A DNA stretch of 64,000 bases from Octopus sinensis (GCF_006345805.1 NC_043006.1:25358001-25422000), one strand, 5' to 3'; positions 1 through 13,330 are shown, counted from the stretch's first letter. Notes: a model not told the origin generated them from the letters alone. Numbers and translations are program-made.

Positions 1-270
1 ATGTAGCCTGGATTTCCCACACTCCATTCCATAACTTAGCTCTTTTATTCTTTTTCACACACTGGGCAAACCTGGTTGCCTACTGAGAAATATAAAAAGA
101 AATTTTTTCTGCTCATTGTTCTTCTATGAAAGAAAAAAATCCACAACCTTCCATCTCAATAAACCACTATTGTTTCTGAAAGTTGTTTTTTTTTATATTC
201 ATTATGGATTGCTTGAAGCTAACTTTCTTCCTTCACCTTGATCCCTGGATCTTACATTTTTATATATATA

Positions 271-780
271 CTAGCAGTATTGCCCGGCTTTGCAAAATAG
301 TTGCATTTAATTCAAAGCGTTAAAAATGTTATGAAAACAATTGGTATGTGTTCACACAGTCCAAACGATTAATACGAAAAAACCCTCTAGGCTACATCCC
401 AAAAATTCATTTCTTTGCCAAATTTTTACAATGTTTACGCCGATTCGTTTTTATATCGTGATTTTTTATTTTTCATGCAATTTACGCATGCTTGCACGTG
501 TGGTGAACAACAGTTCATGTCAAACAGCTGACTGAATAAAGTTCACTATACAATGCATGGGATAAACAAACACATTATCGATTTTTGCACTTGCGAGATG
601 AATTTCGGAACAAATAGCACAGTTCAATTTTCATTCACCTAAACTTTAAGTGACCCATTTTTGGTGGTTCTACAATTTGTTGGCTAGGAGATGTGCCAGG
701 AAGTTAAACACACAGACACACACTCAGATACACACACAGATACACATACAGACACACAAGTTGAGTTTTATATATATAGA
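271..780 (-). mobile_element. Non-autonomous Helitron-like element
   Basis: Minus strand begins A|TCTATATATATAAAAC with a (TG)-rich subterminus and ends with GC-rich GCAAAGCCGGGCAATACTG then CTAG|T; inserted at an AT; no TSD. Confidence 0.7.
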
Positions 781-939
781 TATATATATATATGGCCTTG
801 TTTTTTAAGTGTGTGTTGTCTGTATGTTGAAAGATACAGAAATACACATGCACACACAAAATAACTCTACCCCCCTTTCTCTCTCTTACACACACGCACA
901 CACACATACATATATCTATACAAGACAATGATCATTACG

Positions 940-3490
940 TATTTTTCTTTTATTGGAGTAAATTTGGCTTACAGCTGTTTCCAGTAGTCATTATAGGTGT
1001 GTTACTGATAGGTTTACTCAGTTGGTCTGTTGATGAGTTGAGAAAAGTTGAGTGATCATTTCTGATTATAACAAAGCAGAACACTGAAGGAATGATACAC
1101 GGATGAGAGAGGTGGGAAGAAAAGAGGCAAGTGGAAGAGTGATAAAAAGGAAAGAGCAGGATAAGTGGACCGCAACCGGGGATTGACAGTGTGGAATGGT
1201 GAGTGATTATAACCTCAGACCTGCCACAAGAATACTTAGAGTTCTTTATCAATCTAGACAATATTGTTAGCCTGGTGTACTAACAGAGAGCTTATGAAGT
1301 ATTTTGCCCAGATTAATAATCTCTCTTAACTCTATTTTATTTATATATACACGTATATATATAGTAAGAAAAAGGGAGGAAGAGAATTTCGATTATCCCT
1401 ATGTGGTGAGTTGTAATGCAAAAAGTATATATATAAAATAAAAGAAGGAAAATGTACACAGTTTACATAGTTTTAATATATTTTATAAGTGAAAGAGTAT
1501 TGTGTTTGTTGGCTGGTTTTGCTTTCACTAATCATGACATTGAAATTATTTTAATTTTGTATTTTCTCAAGAAGATTTTAGTCCATGTTGTGTATGGGAG
1601 TTTGTGAATAAAATGAGTCAACAAGTAGAAAAATTTAAGGGAAGGTGATTGGTGATCATCATTATTATTTGGGACGGGGAAGGTAATTACTCATATTTTG
1701 GGGAGGCGATAAATAAATATACAAAAACTCAAAAGATGAATTATTTACAGTGATGGGTATGTGAACATGAATTAAAATATATACTGAAACCAAAGTTGGT
1801 TATGTGTTAATATTTAGGCGTGATCTGTATTATTTGATGGATAAATTTTCGTTATTTAAACGGTCTTGTACAGAAATAGTTTCTTTGCACTGGTAGATGG
1901 GGAAAACTGAAGTTTGGTTGGATATTACCTGCACATCTCTCTGTGTTCACTCAAAGGAATATGTCTGTCCTGTGGGAAACAGATTTGTTCCTTATGTTAA
2001 TGGATCTAAGTGCCATACTTGTCTGTCTGGTATAGTTATGTCCACAACCTGAACAAGTTATAACAAATTAGATTCTTGGAAGTACAAGTGAAGTTGGTTT
2101 AATCATGGACCTCTCTCCTTGCTTGAATAGGAAATCCAAGCTTTCCAATAGGTTGGGGCATGTTCCACAGTTTGGGCATCCACATTTTTAACCATTGGTT
2201 TCGTGGTTGTTAAGTAAAGCTTTGCACTTGCCAGAAGTCGTTTATATGTTTTCAGAATGTTGTTCATTTTTTGGTCCCTAGTAAGCATAGGTAGATTTTG
2301 TACAATAGTGTTGTATGCCTCATTGTTTCTAGGGTTGCGAGTTGATATATGCGGTAGTGTTCTGAGATGTGGTGTGGTGTTAGATTTTGTTTCCCTTAGT
2401 GTTTTAATGCGTACTTTCTTGGCTTGCTTAATTCTGTCATCTATAAGTGAGGGTGGGTATTGCCTCAGTGTTGTTCTGAGGTCTTGAAGATGGAGGTCCC
2501 AGGTATTTCTATCAGACACTATTATGCAAATCCCTTTTTGCTAAATCCTTATTTGCAAATCCCTCTTCTCTTTTGATGTGTTCGGGTGGCATGAGCTAAA
2601 AAGAAGATATTGTTTCAAGTCTGTTGTTTTATGATAAATGTCAGTTACAATTTGGTTATTGACTTCTTTTTATCATAATATCTAAGAAAGGAAGCTGTTC
2701 TTTGCTATATTCCATTATGAATTGAATGTTAGGGTTTATATTTTAAATTCCAAAAGTTCATCAATGGTCTCATTCCAAATGATAAAGCTGTCATCCAGAT
2801 ATCTCTTCTAGCTTTCTCTTATACACTAGTGAAATGGATGTCTATTTTTTGCAGTGACACTTCATATATGGTGAATTCAAAATATTCCATTAGAAGGTTC
2901 ACAAGAACAGGAGCTATTTTTGTTCCCATCACAATTCAACATTTTTAACGATAGTGGGTGTCCTGAAATAGGAAATAATTGTTCTGAAGTATAAATTTTA
3001 AAGTTTCAATAATAAAAACCTGGTTTATGCGTTCTGAAAGTTCTTTGGGGCACTTTTACAGCCAGATTTTTATTGCTTCTATTCCAAGGTCACATGGGAT
3101 ATTGGTGTAATAAGGGCATCCAGCTGTAGAAACTTTGCCAGAAAGAAACCAATAATGTGCCTTCTTTAGTTGTTTTTGGTAGGTGTTCAAGCATATCTAG
3201 ATCATCTCTAATGAAACTTTTGATGTATTTCAGTAAGGGTTTCAGTAGGATGTCTAGAAAATTGTTTAAGCAGTGGGTTTCACAGGCTGGGCCAGCTATA
3301 ATTGGTCTTAACTTTAAATCTTCTGGTGCTAGGATATTTATGTATTTGCCTGGTGGTTGTTCACAGGCTTCATTAACTACCTTGCTTTTGTGTATTTTAG
3401 GTAGGCCATAAAAAAAATAACTAGGTTTACATTTAAAGTTCATGATATAATCTACTTTTTTTTCTGTCAGGCCTTTTCCATTAAGGATGC
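940..3490 (-). mobile_element. Decayed Penelope-like retroelement (RT plus C-terminal GIY-YIG)
   Basis: FYGLPKIHK...LRPIIAGP (3090-3443), RYLDD region near 2800, thumb region (2103-2519), frameshifted NFTCTSKNLI...TCSGCGHNY.RQT endonuclease motif near 2020-2100; many stops and frameshifts. Confidence 0.9.
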
Positions 3491-3589
3491 AAGATTTTTC
3501 ATTGTTTTTGTTGTTTATAGTTCACAACATTTTCATCGAAGATATTTTCTAGCATGGATAGTAGTAGGTTTTTGTAGTAGTTTATTTTA

Positions 3590-3608
3590 TATGTATGTAT
3601 GTATGTAT

Positions 3609-3639
<31 letters not shown>

Positions 3640-3727
3640 GTGTGTGTATATATATATATGTGGTGTGTATATATATATGTGTGTGTATATATATAATATA
3701 TGTGTGTGTGTGTGTATTATATATATA

Positions 3728-3772
<45 letters not shown>

Positions 3773-3843
3773 ATATATATATATATATGTGTGTGTGTGT
3801 ATATATATATATATATGTGTGTGTGTGTATATATATATATATA

Positions 3844-3928
<85 letters not shown>

Positions 3929-3952
3929 ATATTATATATATATATATATATA

Positions 3953-4003
<51 letters not shown>

Positions 4004-4023
4004 ATATATATATAATATATATA

Positions 4024-4054
<31 letters not shown>

Positions 4055-4092
4055 GTGTGTGTTGTATATATATATATATATGTGTGTGTGTG

Positions 4093-4123
<31 letters not shown>

Positions 4124-4373
4124 ATTATATATATATATATGTGTGTGTGTATATATATATATATGGTGTGTGTATATATATATATATATATAATATGTGT
4201 GTGTGTATATATATATATATGTGTGTGTGATATATATATATATGTGTGTGTATATATATATATATATATGTGTGTGGTGTATATATATATATATGTGTGT
4301 ATATATATATATATATGTGTGTGTGTATATAATATATATATATATGTGTGTGTGTATATAATATATATATATA

Positions 4374-4404
<31 letters not shown>

Positions 4405-4562
4405 GTGTGTGGTGTATATATATATATATATGTGTGTGTGTATATATATATATATATGGTGTGTGTATATATATATATATATATGTGTGTGTGTATATAT
4501 ATATATATATGTGTGTGTGTATATATATATATATATGTGTGTATATATATATGTATATATAT
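3590..4562. repeat. Compound (TG)n(TA)n microsatellite array, about 1 kb
   Basis: Alternating short TG and TA runs in ~20-35 bp blocks; accounts for the spurious YI/CV-rich ORFs. Confidence 0.97.
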
Positions 4563-4564
4563 AA

Positions 4565-5022
4565 ATCATCATCATTTAACGTCCACTTTCCATGCTGGCA
4601 TGGGTTGGACGGTTTGACTGAGAACTGGTGAACCAGAGGCTGCACCAGGCTCAATCTGGTCTGGCAAAGTTTCTACAGCTGGATGCCCTTCTTAATGCCA
4701 ACCACTCTGAGAGTGTAGTGGGTGCTTTTTACGGGCTACAGGCACAAGGGCCAGTAAGGCGGTTCTGGCAATGACCACGCTCATGCTCAAAAGGTGTTTT
4801 TATGTGCTACCTTCACAGGAGCCAGTCTGGCGGCACTGGCAATGACCACGCTCAAATGTTGTTTTTCACGTGCCAGTAAGGCGACAATGGCAATGATCAT
4901 GCTCGAATGGTGCTTTTCATGTGTCACTGGCGCGGGAGCCAATCCTAGGCCCTGGCAACGATCATGCTTGGATGTGCTTTTAACATTCCACTGGCATGAG
5001 TGCCAATCAGGCGGTACTGTCA
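4565..5022 (-). mobile_element. 3' end of RTE-type LINE with (ATG)n tail
   Basis: catcatcatttaacgtccactttccatgctggcatgggttggac... matches the 3' UTR attached to RTE RT sequence at 8175-9280. Confidence 0.85.
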
Positions 5023-5189
5023 TACATACATATATATACCCACACACACTTTTTTTGAAGTGTGTTGTTGTGTTGAGAGACTTGCACTTAAAAGTCTTAT
5101 GCTCCAGCATTAGATAATTTCTTTAACAGTATATTTGCTGAAATCAAGGTATATGACATGGGCGTTGGAGCTCTCACTTAGTGCATTTA

Positions 5190-5325
5190 AGATGTGATCT
5201 AAGTGGTGTTAGACAGTCCCTCCCACTACGAAAGCCATGCTGGTTGCAATTTAGAAAATGATTTTGTTCTAGGAAGGCTGTTATTCTTGATCTCAACACT
5301 CTCTCAAATATCTTTATGTGGGCGG
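5190..5325 (-). mobile_element. CR1/Jockey-type RT fragment
   Basis: IKIFERVLRSRITAFLEQNHFLNCNQHGFRSGRDCLT is the non-LTR RT QxGFRxGRS motif region. Confidence 0.8.
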
Positions 5326-6099
5326 GGGGAGCCTCCATCCCCAGGCTGTTAGGCCAATTGAAACCAAATTGCCTCGTTTTAAAAAACAATTAAGACTGTT
5401 TGGCATTGAGGAAGCTCTCAGTGTGTTTTAAATTTCTCAGATTATTTTTGCCTCAAACTAGTTGACTCATATTCACTGTACTGTTTTGTAATTAGCATCA
5501 TTTAATTCATCTGCTTTATTGGCATTTTCTCTTCTGTCTCAGGTTCTTAATTATTATTGTTATTTTATAATTTACTTTTTAACAGTTTATAAAATTTACT
5601 TATTTACTGCTGTTTAAACTTTTTTGAAAAAAAAACTCACTTTTGTTCTACCTTTTATACTTTGTGAATTTTGATTCAATAAGTTTTTTTGGTTTTTTAT
5701 TAATGTAAAAGTGTTACTTTTAAAACAGTGGACTAGCAGGAAAAATGATGGCATAAGGATAATAAGATATTCTTAAATGAATTTGAAAAAATTGTAGAAG
5801 CTTTAAAAATATTGCAGCTATGAAGTGGTGCTATGAAGATCAATGAAGTGGGTCAGTACCACCACCAGAGTGTTTGCAGGCCAACTCGCGGCGCAGTCAG
5901 CTGCGGGACAGGTTATGTTGGCCATGTTGACTTACCTTTTGTCATAAATAAGTCTGACATCTCTTTACTTTCAACAACACTTTATTTATGTAGACTGAAG
6001 CAGTGACAAAAAAGGTCTTCAGTATACCTGAAATGTGAAAGAAAAGATGATGGTTAACGAAACGAATAATGTATGATGAATTGAATGTAATGTGATAAT

Positions 6100-6480
6100 G
6101 ATAATATATGTTCTTAGTTATAATCTTCTACTCTGTATCCTGTTCCAATGTTTACTTTGGTATATAGTGGGGGAGGGGTACCACTAACATCATAACATAT
6201 GATGTTATCTAATTTCTTTCTAGCCCCACTGTATACTTGAAGCCCATCTTTCTGGTCATATCCAGAGAACTGCATGGGAATTTCTGTGTTGGGATAGAAA
6301 ACTCAGACAATCCCTAGATGAACAATCTGTAGTGGTATTACTATACTGTAGGTATATAGATGGTATTAATATTCTGGCTAGGACAACCTCATGTGACAAT
6401 ACTGAGAAAGCCGAGGGGAGTGCAATGGTGAGCATCCAGCACATAGTTAACTCTATCCACCAAAGTATCAAGGTAACCAC
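6100..6480 (-). mobile_element. Penelope-like fragment, same family as 6860-7625, inverted
   Basis: Minus strand reads MQFSGYDQKDGLQVYSGARKKLDNII then ..KHWNR; DNA-similar to 7078-7190 in the opposite orientation. Confidence 0.65.
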
Positions 6481-6481
6481 A

Positions 6482-6856
6482 AATTACTCTAGAAAAACGC
6501 CGCCACCGTAGTGATCTCATTCTCGCTCACATCATAAGTGGAAAATGTAACCTCTCGAAAGAGCTGTTCTTCACTCCTGCTCCAGGGCGTCAGCTGCGGG
6601 GTCACTCCAAAAAGCTCTATCTGCGACGATTTCATCTCAATCAAAGGAGAGGGGCTTTCTCCGTCCGGGTTGCGGATCAGTGGAATAAGCTACCGGACGA
6701 GATAGTGAAGATGCCGACAACCGCTCGGTTCAAAGTCTCTCTTGACCAGAAATGGCCTGAACTCTTTGCATGAACACCCTCCCTGTACATAACTCCATGT
6801 CCCCCTACATGGCCTTGCTTTTTGCTTTTTGAGCCAAAAAATTAACTTAACTTACC
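6482..6856 (+). mobile_element. Young CR1-type LINE 3' end
   Basis: LEKRRHRSDLI...LRGHSKKLYLRRFHLNQRRGAFSVRVADQWNKLPDEIV...FKVSLDQKWPELFA*; CpG-rich; ends in ttaacttaactta. Confidence 0.88.
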
Positions 6857-6859
6857 CTA

Positions 6860-7625
6860 CTATGCTCCCTAACAAATAGACTCCCTATCCTTGATACTGA
6901 ACTTTGGTTAGAGACTGTAAACAACAAAGTACACCTTCTCTCCTATTACATGAAGTCCATAGCTTCACAAGAACTCGGCCTTCTTGCACAATGTGAAAAT
7001 TAGCATAAGAGCTGACTTAGGATAATGAACAATGTGTCCCCTCATGTGAAACCCTATGAAACAAGGAGACATGCACTGCATGCAGTTCTCTTGATACGAT
7101 TAGAAAGATAGTATACAGGGGTGCTTGAAAGAAATTAGATAGCATCATATATAATGATACCAATATAAACATTGGAACAGGAGACAGAGGATTTGTGACA
7201 AAGCAAACAGAATGAACAAATGGTACAAGGCTGATAAATATCCAGGTGTGATGTTTGTAGAGGCCACACCTCATGAGAAATCAGCCCATAGGTTTAGGAA
7301 TTCTCTGAAGGACACCAAACTCAACATTAATATCATTGAGAAACCGGAGAGGTCCATCAAATCACAATTATATAGGATGTACCCCTTCAACAATACCACA
7401 TTCACTGGTAAGAGTTGTGTGGTATGTACCTTTTACCCGAGTATTAACTGTAAGACCAGGAATATAGTCTACAGAATATGGTGCATGGAAGGAGTTTGTA
7501 AGAACAGGAACACAGCATACATTGGAGAGACACTTAGGAGTTTAGTGGAAAGGCTAAATGAATACTGGAGAGAGCATAATGACTGGAAACAGTCATCCAT
7601 AATCTATCAACAAACCAAACCAACA
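6860..7625 (+). mobile_element. Penelope-like fragment with GIY-YIG endonuclease
   Basis: MFVEATP...CVVC...NCKTRNIVYRIWC...C...YIGETLRSLVERLNEY is a GIY-YIG domain preceded by a Cys-rich linker. Confidence 0.85.
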
Positions 7626-8174
7626 TGGTGGCAGGCAGGCATGTACATAAATAGGTATGTAGGTAGATAAGTAGATATGTATTTAGGTGGTTAGTTTAGT
7701 TATGTAGGTGGGGAGACAGGCAGGTAAATAGGCAGTATAACAGACATGCTCATACATGCACACACACACAATTTCACAGGAACACATGATGATATACACA
7801 CATGCATACACACACACACATACATGCACATGAGCACAGGAATACACACACATGCACAAGAACACATACATACACCCACACACAGGCATGCACATACTGA
7901 CATAAGAAAACACACAACTACGCACAATAACTTATATACATATGCATGCAGATAGTAACACACAACATGCATGCGTGTGCGTACACACACACCATATTCT
8001 ACACACATACAACTGACAAGGTCCCAGACAGACAAACACAGCCTCCGTAATGAACTGGGGGAGAGGTCACTGAAAGGTAGCAAATGGCAAGAAAAGAACT
8101 TCGACAAACAAAAACAATTAACAACAAATGATTGTTTAACCAATAAGTTAAACAAACAATCAATTAGTTAGATT

Positions 8175-9280
8175 TCATCATCATCATCGTTTAACGTCCA
8201 TTCTCCATGCTAGCATGGGTTGGACGGTTCGATCGGGGATCTGGGAAGCCAGAAGGCTGCACCAGGCTCCAGTCTGATCTGGCAGTGTTTCTACAGCTGG
8301 ATGCCCTTCCTAACGCCAACCACTCCGTGAGTATAGTAGGTGCTTTTTACGTGCCACCTGCACAGGTGCCAGGTGAGGCTGGCAACAGCCATGGTCGGAT
8401 TGGTGCATTTTACGTGCCACTGGCACGGAAGCCAGTCAAGGTGGCACTGGTATCAGCCACGATTTGGATGGTGCTTTTTACGTGCCACCGGCATGGAAGC
8501 CAGTCTAGGCGGCGCTGGCATCGGCCACGTTCAGATGGTGCTTTTTACGTGCCATCGGCACAGGGATCACAACTGGTTTCCATTGATTTTGATGTTGGTG
8601 TGCTTGACTCAATGGATCTCCTCAAGCACAGGGTCGAAATAGTGTTTCTTCACTTACCACCTGCACAGGAGTCAGTCCAGCGGCCCTGGCAACTGCCGGG
8701 TGCCAGTCATAGGATTAGTTCAATTTCAATTCCGATTTGACTTGCCCCAACAGGTCTTCGCAAGCAGAGTTTAGTGTCCAATGAAGTGGGGTTGGCATGG
8801 GTGCCTGTCGTCGGATGAGGTTCGATTTCGACTTCGCTTGCCTCAACAGGTCTTTGTGTGTCCAAGGGAGGAAAGGCATGCATAAGTGGGCTGGACTCAC
8901 TTGTCCTGCCGGGTCTTCTCACGCACAGCATATTTCCAAAGTTCCTGGTCGCTAGTCATTGCCTCAGTGAGGCCTAAAGTTCAAAGGTCGTGCTTCACCA
9001 CCTCATCCCAGGTTTTCCTGGGTCTACCTCTTCCATGGGTTTCCTCAACTGCTAGGGATTGGCACTTTTTCACACACCTATCTTCATCCATTCTCGCCAC
9101 ATGACCATACCAGCGCAATTGTCTCTCTTGCACACCACAACTGATGCTTCTTAGGTCCAACATTTCTCTCAAGGTACTTACACTCTGTCGAGTATGTACA
9201 CTGACATTACACATCCATCAGAGTATACTGGCTTCATTCCTCGCGAGCTTACGCATGTCCTCAGCACTCACGGCCCAGAG
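8175..9280 (-). mobile_element. RTE LINE 3' fragment (RT C-terminus plus 3' UTR with internal tandem repeats)
   Basis: QLRWYGHVARMDEDRCVKKC...GRGRPRKTWDEVVKHDL; (ATG)n tail at 8175; repeated ggtgctttttacgtgccac units at 8340-8560. Confidence 0.92.
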
Positions 9281-9559
9281 TTGAACCAGTGTGTGTGTGT
9301 GTTATTAATATTGGCATAATGATCCTCTCAAGACAACAAAGTTTGTTTCAGTATATGAATTCACGTAAATAATTTTGCAAACCAAATACAAAAAATGAAT
9401 AAATACACACACACACATATATATACATCTATATATACACACATTCACACATATATACACACACACATACAGACACACATATATACACATGCACACACAT
9501 AAATATATGTATCTCTGTGTGTATTTATGCTCTGTTTTTAATTATCTAAATTTTTCCTA

Positions 9560-12500
9560 TGTTGAAGGAGCTGGTAATTAACAAAGATACAAAGCTCCAT
9601 TGTTGGTCACATTTTAAACCTGAGAAAAGTCTTGCATAGTTTTACTGTTTCACTTACAGATTGTAGTTATAAGATGCAAGTCAGTTGGTTGATTTCTTTT
9701 TTTTTAAATTCCAAGCTTATCCAGACTGACTAACTTGGTATTTACTTACAAAATCAACTGCACCTATTATTATTGGTATAAATGTAAATTTGTAATCCAG
9801 ATATAGAAGGTGGAGGTTTTGAAGCTGTTGTCCATAGTTCTCTTCTTTCTCTTTGATTTTCAGAGATATTTACAACAGCAGGACAGCTGACCTCTGTGAC
9901 AGTACATATTTTTTTCTTATCTGTCCCAAACCACAATATCCAGCTTGTTATGCTTACACTTGACTGATGTTTTGATGTGAATGTTCCACCAGTATTTCTT
10001 GTGTTGATATTTGTGTACATATTCAACAACATATATATTTATTCTAGGATAGTCTTTTTTCTGGATGGCATTGCATATTGTTTTTTGTGACAATGTCATG
10101 TTGCATAGAGAGGAGGAGGTACATTGATGAAATTCTTGGGCAATACTAATCACGTGTGATGTCTTCCACAGAAATATATTTACATTTTCAGTTGCATCTT
10201 TGCTGTCTTTTTTGTTTTTTAGGTCTATCTATCTATCCGCTCAGTCGAAGTCGACTCTCGGTTACTCGTTGGATCAGTGTCCTCCAGTCAGTTCTATCCT
10301 GGGCCACTTCTTTCAGATTGGCTATATCCATTCCGGTATCACTCTTGACGGTGTCAAGCCAGCGGGTTCTTGGTCGGCCTCTTCCTCTCTTGCCACTGAC
10401 CATTCCAAGCATGGTGTCCTTCTCCAGGGATTTTCTCTGCATAATAAGACCGAAATATGCCAATCTATGCTTGGTGATCCTAGCTTCTAGCGACATTTTC
10501 GGCCTGATCTGCTTTTCTAGGTACTGGGTAGCAATCTCCTGTTCTTGGATTGCAAATGCATTGCCATCAAAGTGTGATGTAGCAGTACCAATTCCAAGAG
10601 AGGCTTCACTTTATGTCAATGTTACTGTCTTATTTTTAGTCCACAGGAAACATACCCATGCATGGTCTTTTTTTTTGATATGTGGAGCATTTCAACTCCA
10701 GGTCTTCTTTGAGGTATACTAGTCCAGCTGATTTGCAGTTGCATGGGTGATCAAGAAGAGAGTGCTTTCTGAAGAGCTCACTTCCAACATATAGGATATT
10801 GTTTTCTTCACTTTTCAGCACTAAGTTAATGTATTTAGTTTTGCTGTTGTTGTTTAGCAAGTGTTATTTGAGAGAGACTGACAGTCAAAGGTTGTCTGCA
10901 CTGATTTCAAGCCTCTATGTCTTTATCTCTTAGGTAGAACCAGTCCAATATCACTATTTCTGTGGTGATTTCCAGTTGATGTTTGAATGTTGTGGTTTTA
11001 ATGTCTATGGAGTGGATTTCTTCTATGGACCAGTCAAGTATCCTTCCAAATGTTGGGATCAGCATTGGTATTGTGAATGCATTGTGGGATATTGTCTTGT
11101 AAGAGGAGAGTACTGACTACCATATTTTTCTAAGTCTGGTATAATATTCTTGGGTCACTCTATCTTTATTCACAGTACCTTCATATGATATATTTTCATC
11201 AATGTCTAGATACATGAAGCATTCTTTGTATGGGACAGGAGAGATGGTGAGACCATTGATGCACAGGTTTTGGGTCTGGGGGACTGATTCTATCCAATTA
11301 ACAACCAAATAAGAACATTTCTTTTGGCCAAATTCCATTCTTATGTCAGATGAAAATGTTATTAGTTACAGCTGTTTATTGGCATTAACATTTTTAGCAT
11401 AAATCTTGAGGTCATTCAAAGAGAAATTACGGGTTACATCAATATCTCTCTCCAGCAGTTGCAGACCCTAGCATGTGAGTTTTGTAGCAGGAATGATTAT
11501 GGATTTAACACCAAAATGAACAGAATTAAAGAGATTCTTTCTCCTTGGACCATTCCCTTTCAAATATTTATGGTATTGGAGATGATCATTCCATTCTCTG
11601 TTTTAAGTGTAAGAATTGTTGCCCAGATCTTTGCCAAAAGGAAACACTTCAGCAGCCATAAGTGGGGAATAGAGTCAAATGCCTTCCTATAATAAAGCCA
11701 TACTCTTGTAAGGCTCTTACAATGGTTTTTTTTTCCCTCCGACAGTATGCTTTGTTTATCAAAAGTTGTTCAGCATATCTCCATACTCCCTTCATCTTAC
11801 CAGCCTGTTTATCAGTCCCTATGTTGTTGGACTCCCAATGATCCTGGAGGAATTAATTGAGGCAGCATGTGTACAGTTTGCACATAATGTCTAGGCAAGC
11901 AATTGGCCTGTAGTTTTCAGGCAACTTGGTGATTTCCTTCTCTGATAGCAAGCCAATTTGATATGTCGATCTGACCTTCCAGATTACTTTTGAATATATT
12001 TATTAGTGATTACCTGTAAAATGTCAGCCTCTTAGACCAGTATCCAACTATTAGGTCCTTTCTAGATGCCTTCTCATTATGCAGTTTGCCTACAGTTATA
12101 GTGAAAATTTGTGAGTCAAATTGCATATGTTTTACTGTTGATGCTGGTACAGTATTCTCTCTTTACTGCATTTAGCCATGCTGCATTGAGGTTTAGATTC
12201 CTTTTTTCATTCCAGATTTTCAACTAGAATGATTCAAGATCTTCTAAGGTAGATTTCTTAATATTTTTTTTCTCTTCCTCATCTCTCTGTATAATGTCTG
12301 TGGGTTAGAAGTAAAATTGTAACTTATACAGGCTTGTTCAAAATTTTTCCTGCAGTAGTGGAGATTTTTGTTCAGAGCTGTGAGTTCATGTTTTAGAGTA
12401 ATTGACCTCCCTGCAAGAGATGGGTTTGAAGAGTCACCATACAGTTTTGTTAATTTGTTCATAAGATATGATTGATGAGGTGCAAACTCATTATTCGTCT

Positions 12501-13330
12501 TACAGTTTCTTATCATGGTTAACCATCCAATATGGTGGCATAGGTGATTAATGTTTTCTCTTCAAGTTTTGTTTTCCATCTTGGTTGCTTCCATCTAATA
12601 GTTTCATTACCATGTATATTGCAGGTTTTTGCTAGGTGTTAAGAGTGATAGCAGCTATGTATATGAAGGTATTAATACTCCAGTAATTAACATCACACGA
12701 TTTCAAGTGCTCTCCTGTGACATATCAATAACTTGCAATATTAGAGCTTTTGGAACTTTCTTTTAATCTTGCTAAGGACAGCCTCTCATGTAACTATAGT
12801 TTCAAAAAAGTAGGAAAGTTTTCTACGAATTGTGGTTTCAGGATATTTCTTAATCGAATATATTCCTCAGTTGACTCAACTACATTTGGAGAGACATGAG
12901 GATTTAGTGATGGCGGTAGTTTGTTTACATTATTTTTAATCTCTCTTTTGGTGGGTTTTGGCTACTTCTCAATGTTCTGAGAAGCTCGATTAATATCACA
13001 AGAGCAAGCCATTTTTTTTTTTTTAAAAGATGCTTGTTGTCGAAGTTGTTTCACAGTAAAGATGTTTACGTTAGGGTGAGCTTTGTCCCAATATTTTTTT
13101 TAACTGCTGCATATATCCAATAGAAGGGTTTACACAGGCTTTTCCATAGCATTTGAGTAGATCTTGGTTTACATGTAGAGTCCAAGTAAAATTAGAAGAG
13201 TACTTATGTCTTCTTAAATAGCATACTGGTGCTGCAGTGCTGTTTCTGTTGGTGATGTTATTAGTTTCAGCCATGACCATGTTAACAGAATTCCACATGG
13301 TATAAGGTCTATTTTGAAAATCTGGTCTGA
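9560..13330 (-). mobile_element. Decayed R4/Dong-like non-LTR element (RT plus restriction-like endonuclease), interrupted by an RTE fragment
   Basis: MEFGQKKC...FMYLDIDE...EYYTRLRKIW (RT end); YWWNIHIKT..KHNKLDIVVWDR.KKICTV.EVSCP (RLE); C-terminal IIIGA...KTFLRFKM* near 9607; boundaries approximate. Confidence 0.78.
10224..10514 (-). mobile_element. BovB-like RTE 3' end, copy 1
   Basis: RLAYFGLIMQRKSLEKDTMLGMVSGKRGRGRPRTRWLD...WRTLIQRVTESRLRLSG*; (ATAG)n tail. Confidence 0.9.

Noticed and set aside
1748-1797. Hammerhead-like cagTGATGGGTATG...TATATACT-GAAAC-caaa-GTT
   Set aside because: The CUGANGA core is broken, helix I is not evident and it is antisense to the PLE ORF; at most a decayed relic
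3499-4654. Long overlapping ORFs rich in YI/HT/CV (up to 358 aa), with similar ones at 19067-19801 and 20595-21591
   Set aside because: They are translations of (TA)n/(TG)n microsatellites, which lack stop codons
940-7625. In-frame TGA codons in PLE ORFs as possible selenocysteine recoding (reported for some PLE clades)
   Set aside because: Stops of all three types plus frameshifts are present and no SECIS is recognisable; ordinary decay explains them
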